In this document: piece by piece, positions 27,995 to 37,356 of the stretch
Layout: each line of letters opens with the position of its first letter
How positions within the stretch are numbered: the stretch's first letter is position 1
Assembly (NCBI GenBank): GCA_964448055.1
Contig: CAYUVB010000007.1
Location: forward strand, 6,358 to 49,123
Length of the DNA stretch: 42,766 nt
Direction: 5' to 3'
Origin: an uncultured Desulfurococcales archaeon
GTDB taxonomy: Archaea; Thermoproteota; Thermoprotei_A; Sulfolobales; WANQ01
Program-made: the position numbers and the translations under genes
The notes under the pieces: model-generated
The model's input: only the letters and a program-made list of their open reading frames with translations
What the model was told of the DNA's origin: nothing
Database searches by the model: none

Positions 27995-29665
27995 TTATCT
28001 CCTCAAGATTTTAAGCAATACCAATACCAATACGATTACTATTATTATCGAAACTATAGAAGCCACTATAACTACAGCAGCAGATATTGATAACATACCC
28101 TCCTTAACTACAGTAGTTGTTTCCTTTATGGTTAAGGCTTCAGTATATGTTTTTGTTAATGTTGTGGTTACCGTAGTCGTATAGGTCTTTGTAACCGTCG
28201 TTGTTTTAGCTGGTACTAATGTAGGACTAGGTGATGGTGGAGTAGGTAGTGTTGGTGTCGTTTTAGTCGAAGGTAATGGTGTAGCAGTTGTTTTGGTTGC
28301 CGATGTTATTCTTACGTCAACTTCGCCTAGGCCTTGTACTGTAGCTTTACTTGGCTCTATTGCAATACTTTTACCTTCTTCTTTTACTCCCTCTAATTCT
28401 ATTGTACTAGGTATAGGCGACGGTATACCCATTAACGCTAATAATGATAGCTGTTTATCTAGTTGTTGAAGCCATGAACTAAGCTCACGTAGTGATAGCT
28501 TGGCCTGCATTGTGGGGTCATCTACGTGTTCTACATACGTCATTCTACCTAAATCAGCTGTAATGTTAATCATAACCTTATCAGCCTCTAGCTTTATCGA
28601 CAATTTAGCTGAAGCTTCGTGAGGGTATACTTGTTCGAGGTTGAGAGGCTTTGTTTCTGGCATCAAGAATGAAGGGATCATTTGGAGTGGTTGTTGTGGT
28701 TGAGATGTTTGGATAGCCATCATTAGGAATGGTATTATCATGGATAATTTGCTTAATGCACTACTACATCTTCTAGAAACTCCAGCTATTTGTTTAATTT
28801 CACCATGTAAATCAGATATCGCCTCGAATTTGAATACTAATGCACTTGTCCCTGAAGTATAATTTGTCGTGAATATATAAGCATTGAATTTAACAATGCC
28901 ATTCAGGTTACGATAGTATTCACTTATACACTTACTAATCTCCTCTGCATCGGTCTTGGTGATTATGTTGAAATCTAGTCCTTGTCTAATGATTTCATCT
29001 ATAAGTATCATTAATGCCCCATTAATATGATAGACGTCGTCCTCCTTGACTATTGATATATGTTCAAGCTTAATCCAGGTAATGTTTTTGAGATGAAGCT
29101 GTGTTTCAATCAAGTTAGTAATATTTTCTCCAATGTATTCTTCTGGTATCGTTATATTGCCTTCAGCAACGGTATCAAATGCTAATTTAATTACTTGATC
29201 CCTTATTGCTATGGTTAACCTCGTTACGTTAATGACCGTGTATTTTCTTTCTAATCCCATAATCTTACTAGCTTCTACTCTCATACTTCCATTAATTAGA
29301 TAGCCTCCACTTGAGCCATATATGTTGAATAATGATCGTATAGAGAACGAGCTAGATGAAACCTCCATACCGGGTATTAGAGGCCTTACCTCTCCTCCAC
29401 CACCAAATACTACATACATATGTTCCTCTGTTGACTTTTCGCTATAACTTAATACCATATTACCAGCCATGTTCTCCACAGCATTTTCTATGACTATACC
29501 TAGATTATATAGAACTCTTATACTTCCATCAGGATATACTAGTACCTTCATCGATGGAGTTATATTTATCGATGGAGGTGTACTCTGTTGTGCATATACT
29601 ATTGGAATAGAGGGTGCCAATATTATTACTAACGCTAATAGCAATGCATATACTCTGACATTCAT
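27995..29665 (-). CDS. Secreted surface protein anchored at its C-terminus, with a Thr/Pro-rich stalk
   Basis: 556 aa. It has an N-terminal signal-like segment, a large domain with no recognisable motifs, a T/P-rich linker (TKTTPTLPTPPSPSPTLVPAKTTTVTKTYTTTVTTT), and a C-terminal TM segment with a basic tail. Confidence 0.6.
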   Translation of the reverse strand: MNVRVYALLLALVIILAPSIPIVYAQQSTPPSINITPSMKVLVYPDGSIRVLYNLGIVIENAVENMAGNMVLSYSEKSTEEHMYVVFGGGGEVRPLIPGMEVSSSSFSIRSLFNIYGSSGGYLINGSMRVEASKIMGLERKYTVINVTRLTIAIRDQVIKLAFDTVAEGNITIPEEYIGENITNLIETQLHLKNITWIKLEHISIVKEDDVYHINGALMILIDEIIRQGLDFNIITKTDAEEISKCISEYYRNLNGIVKFNAYIFTTNYTSGTSALVFKFEAISDLHGEIKQIAGVSRRCSSALSKLSMIIPFLMMAIQTSQPQQPLQMIPSFLMPETKPLNLEQVYPHEASAKLSIKLEADKVMINITADLGRMTYVEHVDDPTMQAKLSLRELSSWLQQLDKQLSLLALMGIPSPIPSTIELEGVKEEGKSIAIEPSKATVQGLGEVDVRITSATKTTATPLPSTKTTPTLPTPPSPSPTLVPAKTTTVTKTYTTTVTTTLTKTYTEALTIKETTTVVKEGMLSISAAVVIVASIVSIIIVIVLVLVLLKILRR

Positions 29666-29823
29666 ACCTTGATTTCACCTAGGAGTGAATGGCAAATGCT
29701 GAAATAATAAGATTACGTTTAACTCTCTAGTTAAGAGAGTATGTGTAGGGAATGGAGGTGGTTAAGTAAAATAATTGAGAATGTGTAGATGTTAATGGTA
29801 GGGTTGTTGTTAACGTCAAGATA

Positions 29824-30366
29824 TTATGAGAGTTTTTCTTCAAGTATTCTCTTAATAGTCCTAAGTTCCTCGAGTATTTCTTCTTCAATTACTTTTCTCT
29901 CACGAGATGATAGTATACCTACTTTCCTACGTAGTACTGATATTTTCTCCGAGCCTAGATCTTGGGGTAGCTGAAACAATGTTATCTCAGGTCTTAAGGT
30001 TCCTGTAGCAGGTGTGAAGACATCTATGTTAACTAATCTTAGCTTCCTCTGAAGAGGTCCTTGTCTAAGTCTAACTTCTGATACAAGATTATATGGGACA
30101 CGTTTCTCTTTCTTCCACCATACACCGAATCGTGCATAGACGTGATCATCTTCTATCCTAAATATAACTGATTCATAGAATCGAGGTATCCAAATAGCAA
30201 TGATTATCAATGGAACTATGATACAAGCTATTGCTAATATTAATCCCACTAAGACGTTAAATACTGAAACAACAATGCATACGATAGCCATTGATATGAA
30301 ATATGGTAGAGAATATAGCCAGTAGATTAGTTTTAATTTGGGTGATGGCTTGAATTCTTCAACCAA
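29824..30366 (-). CDS. Membrane protein with a bacterial PH (bPH_2/YdbS-like) domain
   Basis: 180 aa with two N-terminal TM segments followed by RFGVWWKKEKRVPYNLVSEVRLRQGPLQRKLRLVNIDV, which is typical of bPH_2. Confidence 0.6.
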   Translation of the reverse strand: MVEEFKPSPKLKLIYWLYSLPYFISMAIVCIVVSVFNVLVGLILAIACIIVPLIIIAIWIPRFYESVIFRIEDDHVYARFGVWWKKEKRVPYNLVSEVRLRQGPLQRKLRLVNIDVFTPATGTLRPEITLFQLPQDLGSEKISVLRRKVGILSSRERKVIEEEILEELRTIKRILEEKLS

Positions 30367-30373
30367 GGATACT

Positions 30374-31975
30374 TTACCCTCCTCTGGTCACATTTAACCT
30401 TTCTTCTATTGCTTCTAGCTCACTATATATTTCCTCTAGCTGATTTATAAGATTCTTTATCCTTTGTTTAAGTTGTTCGACTAGTCCTAGCAATGTCACA
30501 TTATTTATCTCACTTATCGGAATAGTCTTATTTAACATCAAACCCAATATATCCATGTATGTGGTCTTTCTTCTAGGCTGAATACAGTTTGCTTCACCTG
30601 TTTTAGCGTCTACTAGACATATTGTTACTAGTCCACGGCCGTCTCTTGTTGTGATTGATACTTTCCAATACAATGTATTATTTATTATGGTGGGTATTGG
30701 TTCTTCTATGCTCAACTGGCTCCAGTCATATCTTGGATATCGTTGTTTAACGTATGCTTCAACCTTGCTTACTCCTATCATAGGTTCAGGTAGCTCGTGC
30801 ATATAGGTATGTGGTTCTATTTTACTGGTATTTACGTAGAATATGTATCTTGCGCTATAGGTTTCGCCTGGTGGTTCTGCTACGAAAGCCCACCATAGAT
30901 TACCTTTGCTATCAACTACAAGGTATGGTTGAGGATTTGTTCCAATATCTCTTATCTGAAATGTGTTACGGTAGATTAGTACATTACCTATACCATAAAT
31001 CCATCTATAAGCTTCAATCCATTCTCTAGCAACTATTTCTGGTACTAATGGTACTCCATCGAATCTTGGATCATTTTTAGCTTTACTTGGGGTTACCCAT
31101 TCCATATTTCCATTTTCATCTACTACAACATATCCTGCTAGAATGGGTAAGCTATAATCTAATCCAGTAACCCATGTTATTGCTGGTACTAGTATGTAGA
31201 CCTTACCATTGTATACAACCTCAATGTTATCCTCCAATAATAGCTTTTTATCAAATCCTGCTACCAATTGTGCGTTACGATAGAGGCTATCCATGTACCC
31301 TGGCATAAACTTCATATTACGTAGTCCCCATGTCATGTTACGATACAATATCTTTACCTTTGGCGGATATACTCCTGCATCAACAAAAACTATTCCATCC
31401 GGCCCACGTATTATTTGGTTCCAGAAGCCTTCTGGTTCAATTATCCAGTTATAGACTAAGGTATCATTAGCGAAATATACATAGCTGTCCCCGAAGTATA
31501 ACGTATGGGTTGGTATTTGAAGCATACTAATAGCATTAGTATAAGCTGTCCTCATGGGTATAAATCTATAGATTCCGAAAACACTGATGAGTTCAGGAAT
31601 TTCTTCAACGTTTATACGATAAGGATTTCTTTCAAGAGATACTATGGTTCCTACAATCATTCCAACTATGGATAACACTAGTAATAGAATAATAAAACTT
31701 TTTACCTTATGTAGTCTGCTATGCCCTGTGTACCTAAATACTCCATACACTATTAACGCTACTAGTGATGTCGTGAAGATAAAACCAGAAACTCTTACAA
31801 GTAATGGCCTAGAAACAAACCATTGCACTATAGCCGATAATAATCCTACGTAACCCCAAGTAGCATAAGATAATAGGAATAGTAATAGTGCAAGTAATAC
31901 AACTAAACCCTTAATGCTAACCCTTACATTTCTTAACCTTATTCCAGCATCCTTACTTCTCTGCCAATTATTCAC
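30374..31975 (-). CDS. Polytopic membrane protein with a large extracytoplasmic domain and a C-terminal coiled coil, function unknown
   Basis: 533 aa with about 4 N-terminal TM segments, an aromatic-rich beta domain, and a heptad-like tail (LVEQLKQRIKNLINQLEEIYSELEAIEERL). It ends 8 nt before the bPH gene. Confidence 0.55.
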   Translation of the reverse strand: MNNWQRSKDAGIRLRNVRVSIKGLVVLLALLLFLLSYATWGYVGLLSAIVQWFVSRPLLVRVSGFIFTTSLVALIVYGVFRYTGHSRLHKVKSFIILLLVLSIVGMIVGTIVSLERNPYRINVEEIPELISVFGIYRFIPMRTAYTNAISMLQIPTHTLYFGDSYVYFANDTLVYNWIIEPEGFWNQIIRGPDGIVFVDAGVYPPKVKILYRNMTWGLRNMKFMPGYMDSLYRNAQLVAGFDKKLLLEDNIEVVYNGKVYILVPAITWVTGLDYSLPILAGYVVVDENGNMEWVTPSKAKNDPRFDGVPLVPEIVAREWIEAYRWIYGIGNVLIYRNTFQIRDIGTNPQPYLVVDSKGNLWWAFVAEPPGETYSARYIFYVNTSKIEPHTYMHELPEPMIGVSKVEAYVKQRYPRYDWSQLSIEEPIPTIINNTLYWKVSITTRDGRGLVTICLVDAKTGEANCIQPRRKTTYMDILGLMLNKTIPISEINNVTLLGLVEQLKQRIKNLINQLEEIYSELEAIEERLNVTRGG

Positions 31976-32065
31976 TTTAACATAGCCTCTTAGGGGTTGG
32001 GAAAAGTATTCTGCGTTAAGGGTTAAAGTACTTAGCTGTCTCCATTATTAGAACATAGAATTGTT

Positions 32066-32965
32066 CTATTGTATTAATTGTTCTCCTTGTACTTCATGTA
32101 TCTGAATCCCATTAGGAACAATTCTATGTATTATTGGTTTAAGATTTAGTTTACCTAGGGAGTCTAATACGTTCTCCACGTATTGGTCTTCGCAGACTAC
32201 TACTAGGGTTTTCTTCTTATAGTAGTAGCCTAATATTGTTCCATTATTTCTTAATGGCCTAAGTACTTGCTCAATATTATCTATTACTTTACCATTAACT
32301 ATGCCTAACTTTGTAGTAAATTCGTGGGATAATTCTAGGAATTCCTCTATTGTTGGATTAGCTAGTAGTTTCTCAACTAGTTCACTACCTAACTTGTTTA
32401 TTCTATCTCTTAGTTCAACAAGCATTTTAGGAGTCATAGTTATGGTGTTAGAGAGTTTTGCTGTTATGACTATTAGTTTCTCGTTTATGGGTATTGTTAC
32501 TACTTCTCCTATCCCTGGCGCTCCAGGTTTAGTTCTTACTTCTAGGTACCCTCCTTGGATTATGGCTATTATATCTCCTAACCCCGTAAGACATTCTACT
32601 TCAGCTTTATGTGCTTCAGCTGCTGCTTGAAGTATGTTATAGTGGCCTTTCTCAACTAGTTGCCGTGTTATGGACGCGGCAAGTGCTATTGCTGCACTTG
32701 CTGCATATCCCTCGCCTATCATATAGGGTGATTTAGCTTCCATGTATATCTTTGTATGGTCTCCCAGAATCTTCCTTAAAGGACATACATTTAGCTCTAT
32801 GTTGTTGTATACTAGCTTTGTCTTATTGCTATACTCTTGTTTTTTTATTCTTATTTCTACACCTGGCCATACTACTAATCCTGCACCAGTACTACCCTTA
32901 CGATATGGGTCCTTGTGCTCGTGGATTACCCAGAATCCTGTTAAATGTGCTGGTATTTTCATCAA
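32066..32965 (-). CDS. Pantoate kinase (archaeal CoA pathway, GHMP-kinase fold)
   Basis: 299 aa. The N-terminus IPAHLTGFW...GSTGAGLVV resembles archaeal pantoate kinase (COG1829). It overlaps coaBC by 4 nt, and panB and panE are nearby. Confidence 0.65.
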   Translation of the reverse strand: MMKIPAHLTGFWVIHEHKDPYRKGSTGAGLVVWPGVEIRIKKQEYSNKTKLVYNNIELNVCPLRKILGDHTKIYMEAKSPYMIGEGYAASAAIALAASITRQLVEKGHYNILQAAAEAHKAEVECLTGLGDIIAIIQGGYLEVRTKPGAPGIGEVVTIPINEKLIVITAKLSNTITMTPKMLVELRDRINKLGSELVEKLLANPTIEEFLELSHEFTTKLGIVNGKVIDNIEQVLRPLRNNGTILGYYYKKKTLVVVCEDQYVENVLDSLGKLNLKPIIHRIVPNGIQIHEVQGEQLIQ

Positions 32966-34227
32966 GTATTCCTTCGTATTCTATCACCTAGTATCTCAAG
33001 TGCTTTATCTAGTATTATTCTAGCTATTTCCTCTTTAGTCATCTTAGGTATTTTTTCAGTTGAAGTCTTTGTAACTATTAGTACCTCGTTGTACTTTGAT
33101 GCAAAACCTATGCCTGGCTTGGCTACATTATTTGCTATTATTATATCTACTTCATATTTATCTAGTTTCTTCCTAGCTCTTTCTACTAGTTCCTGATCTG
33201 TTTCTACTGTCTCAGCTGAGAATCCCACTATTACTGCTGATGGTTTCCTTGTCTTCGCTTTTCTTGTAGCATCAGCTATTATCTTTGGTGTAGGTGTTAA
33301 CCTTACAGTTAATTCAGTGGATGAGTCTATCTTTGTAGTACTTGTTTTAGCGAACCCGTAATCTACAGGAGCTGCTGCAAATACTATTATATCATAGTCT
33401 TCTTTATCCAGTTCATCCAGTACAGCATCTCTCATCTCCTTGGTTGATGTAATGCTTATAGATTTTATCCATGGTGGCGGACTTATACCACATAAGGGTC
33501 CATGTATTAATGTTACTTTTGCTCCACGGAAAAAGGCCTCACGTGCAATTGCTACGCCCATTCTACCTGAACTAGGATTAGATAGAAACCTTACTGGGTC
33601 CAAGTGTTCACGTGTTGGACCAGCTGTTACTAGTACTCTTAATCCTCTTAGATCTTCTCCACGTAGTATCATTGCTTCTGTTTTTAATGCTATATCCTCT
33701 ACGCTTGGTATCTTTGCTTTATCGCCCTCTACTACTGGTTCTAGTATATGATACCCTAGTTTACGTAGGCGTTCAATGTTTTCTCTAGTTATAGTTGATT
33801 GGTACATATTCAAGTGCATGACTGGTACAATAAGTATTGGTTTACCCTTACCATGCATACTTAGTGCTACAAGAGTTACACTTGTATCAGCTATACCATG
33901 AGCTAGCTTAGCTATGGTATTAGCTGTTGCAGGAGCTATAACCATTCCATCATATTCGCGCGCGAATACGACATGTTCTATATCTCCACCAACATCGACT
34001 ACTGGTTCTATCCCCGTGGCCCAGTGAAATAATTTTAGTGATACCAGATCTGCAGCATCACGAGTAAGTACTACTCTCACATGTGCCCCACGTCTCATAA
34101 GCTTACGGGCAAGATCTATGCTTCGGTATGCGGCAACACTGCCAGTAACGCCAAGAACTATACGTTTACCTTTCAATGCCTTGGATTCTTCGCCTATAAT
34201 ATCAAGTGATGGATGTGTAGCATTCAT
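32962..34227 (-). CDS. coaBC: Bifunctional phosphopantothenoylcysteine decarboxylase / phosphopantothenate-cysteine ligase
   Basis: 421 aa with an N-terminal flavoprotein domain (GVTGSVAAYRSIDLARKL, PATANTIAK) and a C-terminal CoaB domain (LVTAGPTREHLDPVRFLSNPSSGRMG). Confidence 0.9.
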   Translation of the reverse strand: MNATHPSLDIIGEESKALKGKRIVLGVTGSVAAYRSIDLARKLMRRGAHVRVVLTRDAADLVSLKLFHWATGIEPVVDVGGDIEHVVFAREYDGMVIAPATANTIAKLAHGIADTSVTLVALSMHGKGKPILIVPVMHLNMYQSTITRENIERLRKLGYHILEPVVEGDKAKIPSVEDIALKTEAMILRGEDLRGLRVLVTAGPTREHLDPVRFLSNPSSGRMGVAIAREAFFRGAKVTLIHGPLCGISPPPWIKSISITSTKEMRDAVLDELDKEDYDIIVFAAAPVDYGFAKTSTTKIDSSTELTVRLTPTPKIIADATRKAKTRKPSAVIVGFSAETVETDQELVERARKKLDKYEVDIIIANNVAKPGIGFASKYNEVLIVTKTSTEKIPKMTKEEIARIILDKALEILGDRIRRNT

Positions 34228-34310
34228 ACCCTATTCTCCAGGCGTTCACTAAACTCTTCTTCCTCTAATATAGGTTCTAGGTTATACACCTAAACAATAG
34301 CATAAGCAGG

Positions 34311-34375
34311 ATTAAAGGGGTCAGTCCCGTAACCCTTCAACTTACTCTGGCCGCGGCACCCCTTCATCTACTTTA
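34311..34375 (-). ncRNA. Candidate C/D-box-like small RNA in a GC-rich island
   Basis: The minus-strand RNA is UUAAAG-U-AGAUGA-(39 nt, GC-rich)-CUGA-CCC-CUUUAA. It has a C-like box, a D box and a 6-bp terminal stem (34370-34375 pairs with 34311-34316). The internal D'/C' boxes are poor, so this is tentative. Confidence 0.3.
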
Positions 34376-34484
34376 AGGTATCAGCATATAGCCCGGCAGT
34401 CATCCCCCAGCTAACATTATCATATTATGGAGGGTTAAGGACTTTTCCCTCAGCTAGTTTAGGAATTAATTCAGAGGATGCTTA

Positions 34485-35456
34485 ATGATCCTTGAAGAAG
34501 CAAGAAGATTCTACATGGACTGGTTCCTAGGCGTTCTAGGCTTTGATTCTCTAGCAAGTAGGCTTTGGGGTCGTGATTTCGGTGATCCTAAACGGAGATT
34601 TATTCCAGGATTATACCTTGATTCATTTCTGGCAGAGCTGACAAGCTGTAGTGGTAGAAGGCCGTGCTTTCTCTCTGTGAATTATTACAGTGGTATGAAG
34701 GGTAAACCTGGTACACCAGTAGCATTAGAAAAATTATTCTTTGATATAGATTCACCTAATGATTTAGAGAAAGCGAAAAGAGATACCCTAAAGCTTGTTG
34801 AAGTACTTGAAACAGTATGCCAACCATTAGTAGTATTTAGTGGTGGTAAAGGATACCATGTGTATTGCTATATCAACCCCGTAGTGGAAGGTGAGAAAGA
34901 ATATCTTAAACTAATACTAGAACAAGTAATAGCATCACTGGATATACCACCTATACAGTCACTAGATGAAAGAGTAGTAGGAGATGTGTCTAGATTATCA
35001 AGAGTACCATACACTATACATGAGAAAACAGGTAACCTAACTACACTAGTAGATGAGAGGAATCTTAAGCCAATTGACCCTGACTCTATAAACTTATCAA
35101 GATATTGGTCTAGACCTATACCAAGAAAACTCATAGAACAAGCAGAAAACATAGCCAAAGAACTAGGTAGACTGAAAACCAAGACTAGGAGAAGGAGGAA
35201 AATTAAACTAGAAGATGCAAGCTGGCTTATATTTTTCGAGAAACCAGAACTACTTAAAGAGGCGCTAAAGGGCGTTACAGGTGAGCTAAGAACAAAGATT
35301 GCACGAGAACTAGCACTATATTACAGAAATATATTGATGTTAAGTAGAGGCGAATGTCTTAACAAGTTATTGGAGTGGAATAAGAAGAATATACCTCCTC
35401 TAAGTATAGAAGAAGTTGAGAAAATAGTAGATGAAGTATACATGGTGAAACGTTAG
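34485..35456 (+). CDS. Archaeo-eukaryotic primase (AEP) superfamily primase-polymerase with a PriCT-like C-terminal helical domain
   Basis: 323 aa. Motif I is FFDIDS (34743-34751 encode DID), motif II is SGGKGYH (34839-34859), and motif III is DERVVGDVSRLSRVPYTIHEKTG (R.P..H.KTG at 35001-35033). No Zn-knuckle lies between motifs I and II. The C-terminus GELRTKIARELALYYRN...LLEWNKKNIPPLSIEEVEKIV resembles PriCT-1. Confidence 0.8.
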   Translation: MILEEARRFYMDWFLGVLGFDSLASRLWGRDFGDPKRRFIPGLYLDSFLAELTSCSGRRPCFLSVNYYSGMKGKPGTPVALEKLFFDIDSPNDLEKAKRDTLKLVEVLETVCQPLVVFSGGKGYHVYCYINPVVEGEKEYLKLILEQVIASLDIPPIQSLDERVVGDVSRLSRVPYTIHEKTGNLTTLVDERNLKPIDPDSINLSRYWSRPIPRKLIEQAENIAKELGRLKTKTRRRRKIKLEDASWLIFFEKPELLKEALKGVTGELRTKIARELALYYRNILMLSRGECLNKLLEWNKKNIPPLSIEEVEKIVDEVYMVKR

Positions 35457-35492
35457 AAGGAATACTGGTAAGATTATTTAAATCTGTAGTCA

Positions 35493-36011
35493 ATGAATAC
35501 CTCGGCTCCTCAACAGAGGAGGATCAAGTTGTCTAAGGAAAAAACCTATAATATAAGGGAGGCACGTCTGGAAGATCTTGATCAAGTGATATCAATAAAC
35601 ATGGAGGCTTTACCTGAGCACTATCCTAGAGTCTTCTGGGAGGAACACGTTAAACGTTGGGGTAAAGCCTTCCTTGTAGCAGAGGTAAACGGATTCATTG
35701 TAGGATACATCATGTGTAGAGTTGAATGGGGTTGGGGTTTTACTAAGAGCAAATTGTTGAAAAAAGGCCATGTAATAAGTATTGCTGTGAGAAAGGAGTA
35801 TAGACGTAAAGGCATAGGTAGGAAGTTAATGGAGGAAGCAATGAAAGCATTAAAGGAAGTTTATGGTGCAGAAGAGGTATACTTGGAAGTAAGAGTAAGC
35901 AATAAACCTGCCATAAGCTTGTACGAAAAACTAGGATTCAAAATCGCTAAAAGGGTAGCAGCTTACTACCTTGACGGAGAAGACGCATATATAATGGTTA
36001 AACAACTATAG
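35493..36011 (+). CDS. rimI: GNAT N-acetyltransferase, RimI/Ard1-like
   Basis: 172 aa with the acetyl-CoA motif RRKGIGRKLMEEA and a YEKLGF segment. It starts 36 nt after the PrimPol stop. Confidence 0.8.
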   Translation: MNTSAPQQRRIKLSKEKTYNIREARLEDLDQVISINMEALPEHYPRVFWEEHVKRWGKAFLVAEVNGFIVGYIMCRVEWGWGFTKSKLLKKGHVISIAVRKEYRRKGIGRKLMEEAMKALKEVYGAEEVYLEVRVSNKPAISLYEKLGFKIAKRVAAYYLDGEDAYIMVKQL

Positions 36012-36158
36012 ATATGCAGTGGTTCTCAATAACTTGTAATAGTCTTCGTAAAGGTATTATTTCATGACCCCCTACCATAATGTTCTATCATTAGGCATAA
36101 GCAATTACTTATATATACCCTTACCTACAAGTGACTTTAAGTACAGGGATGAAAAGAA

Positions 36159-36179
36159 GGAGGGGTCGTGAACCCCTCC
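36159..36179 (+). promoter_or_regulatory. Perfect 7-bp GC hairpin (GGAGGGG-tcgtgaa-CCCCTCC) in the upstream region of the GH130-like gene
   Basis: The inverted repeat was read directly from the sequence. It ends 24 nt before ATG 36203 and lies 148 nt after the rimI stop. Its function is unknown. Confidence 0.4.
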
Positions 36180-36202
36180 GCATAGTGAAGGCTGGGTAGG
36201 TT

Positions 36203-37297
36203 ATGTACAAGTATAGTGAATATTTTAGGAAAGCTCAAGGTTTTACTGAAGCTTCTATCAATAGACGTTTTGAGACAATAGATATTGTTCGTAGACTAGG
36301 TGTTATAGCACCTAACCACATATACCTAAACAATTACCCAATTAGTAACCCTATAGCATCATTCAATCCAGCAATAACTGTAATCGACGAAGATGCTGTA
36401 GTTTATGCTAGGATAATAGTAGGATATTACATGTATGTTTCAGCTATAGTGGCGATAAGAATACCATTAGAGGACCTATATACGGGTAATATCAACATAA
36501 ACTATTATGCAAGTCAGCCAACAATATATCCTTCAACCAAGTATGATGTATGGGGTACAGAGGATCCAAGAGTATATGAGATAGATGATAAACTATACAT
36601 GACGTATACCGGTAGAACAGTAAATTACTTCAATCCACATATCCGTAGAGAAAGAACATTACCAGTAACAGCAGTAAAGTTAGGAAATTATCATATATGG
36701 AGAAAAATACATGTATATGTATTCCCACCTGGATTAAGAGAACACGTTATAAGCGATAAAGATGCTTTCCTAGTTAAATTCGGCAATGATCTACTATTAT
36801 TCCATAGACCACATATGGATGATGAAGGCTTTTACCTAACAGTTAGCAGAGTTGACTCAAAAGAATTATATACAGTATCAGATAGGCTAAAGGAAATAGT
36901 TATACGCGACACCATGTGGATAGCTGATAAAGCTGTTTTCGAAAGCAAAATAGGTTGGGCTACACCTCCAATAAAAATTAACAGTAATGAAATAGTAACT
37001 TTGGTACATGGTGTAGATAATGAACTAGAAGCTTATCGTCTCTACGCTATGCAATTAGAGTACTCGAAAAATGAAGGAATAATAGTTAAGGCTGTCACAC
37101 CAACATATATAATGGAGCCTAAACTATTATATGAAATATTTGGTGATAGACCCTATACAATATTCCCTTGTGGACTATGGAGACTTAGTAAGAATAAAGT
37201 ACTCATAAGCTATGGTGCTGGAGACTACATGATAGGTATAGGTGAAATAGATGTAAACGAACTTCTAGGCCTATTAGACAAAGGACGTATATACTAG
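36203..37297 (+). CDS. GH130-like / DUF377 glycosidase-phosphorylase family protein
   Basis: 364 aa. The WGTEDPRVYEIDDKLYMTYTG motif is typical of five-bladed beta-propeller GH130/DUF377 proteins. Confidence 0.6.
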   Translation: MYKYSEYFRKAQGFTEASINRRFETIDIVRRLGVIAPNHIYLNNYPISNPIASFNPAITVIDEDAVVYARIIVGYYMYVSAIVAIRIPLEDLYTGNININYYASQPTIYPSTKYDVWGTEDPRVYEIDDKLYMTYTGRTVNYFNPHIRRERTLPVTAVKLGNYHIWRKIHVYVFPPGLREHVISDKDAFLVKFGNDLLLFHRPHMDDEGFYLTVSRVDSKELYTVSDRLKEIVIRDTMWIADKAVFESKIGWATPPIKINSNEIVTLVHGVDNELEAYRLYAMQLEYSKNEGIIVKAVTPTYIMEPKLLYEIFGDRPYTIFPCGLWRLSKNKVLISYGAGDYMIGIGEIDVNELLGLLDKGRIY

Positions 37298-37356
37298 GTC
37301 TTTTATTCGATTAATACTCAATTCAATTAAAATCAATTAAGTTATATCATTGACTA

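Noticed and set aside
34228-34484. A tRNA gene or att site next to the PrimPol gene as evidence of an integrated element
   Set aside because: No T-loop (GTTCRAATC or its complement) or cloverleaf is discernible on either strand. No integrase gene and no obvious flanking direct repeats were found by eye.
37315-37338. A possible second orphan repeat (CTCAATTC) 40 nt before the 37357-37380 element
   Set aside because: Only 7 nt match the repeat start and the remainder is unrelated. TCAAT recurs locally as simple AT-rich sequence.
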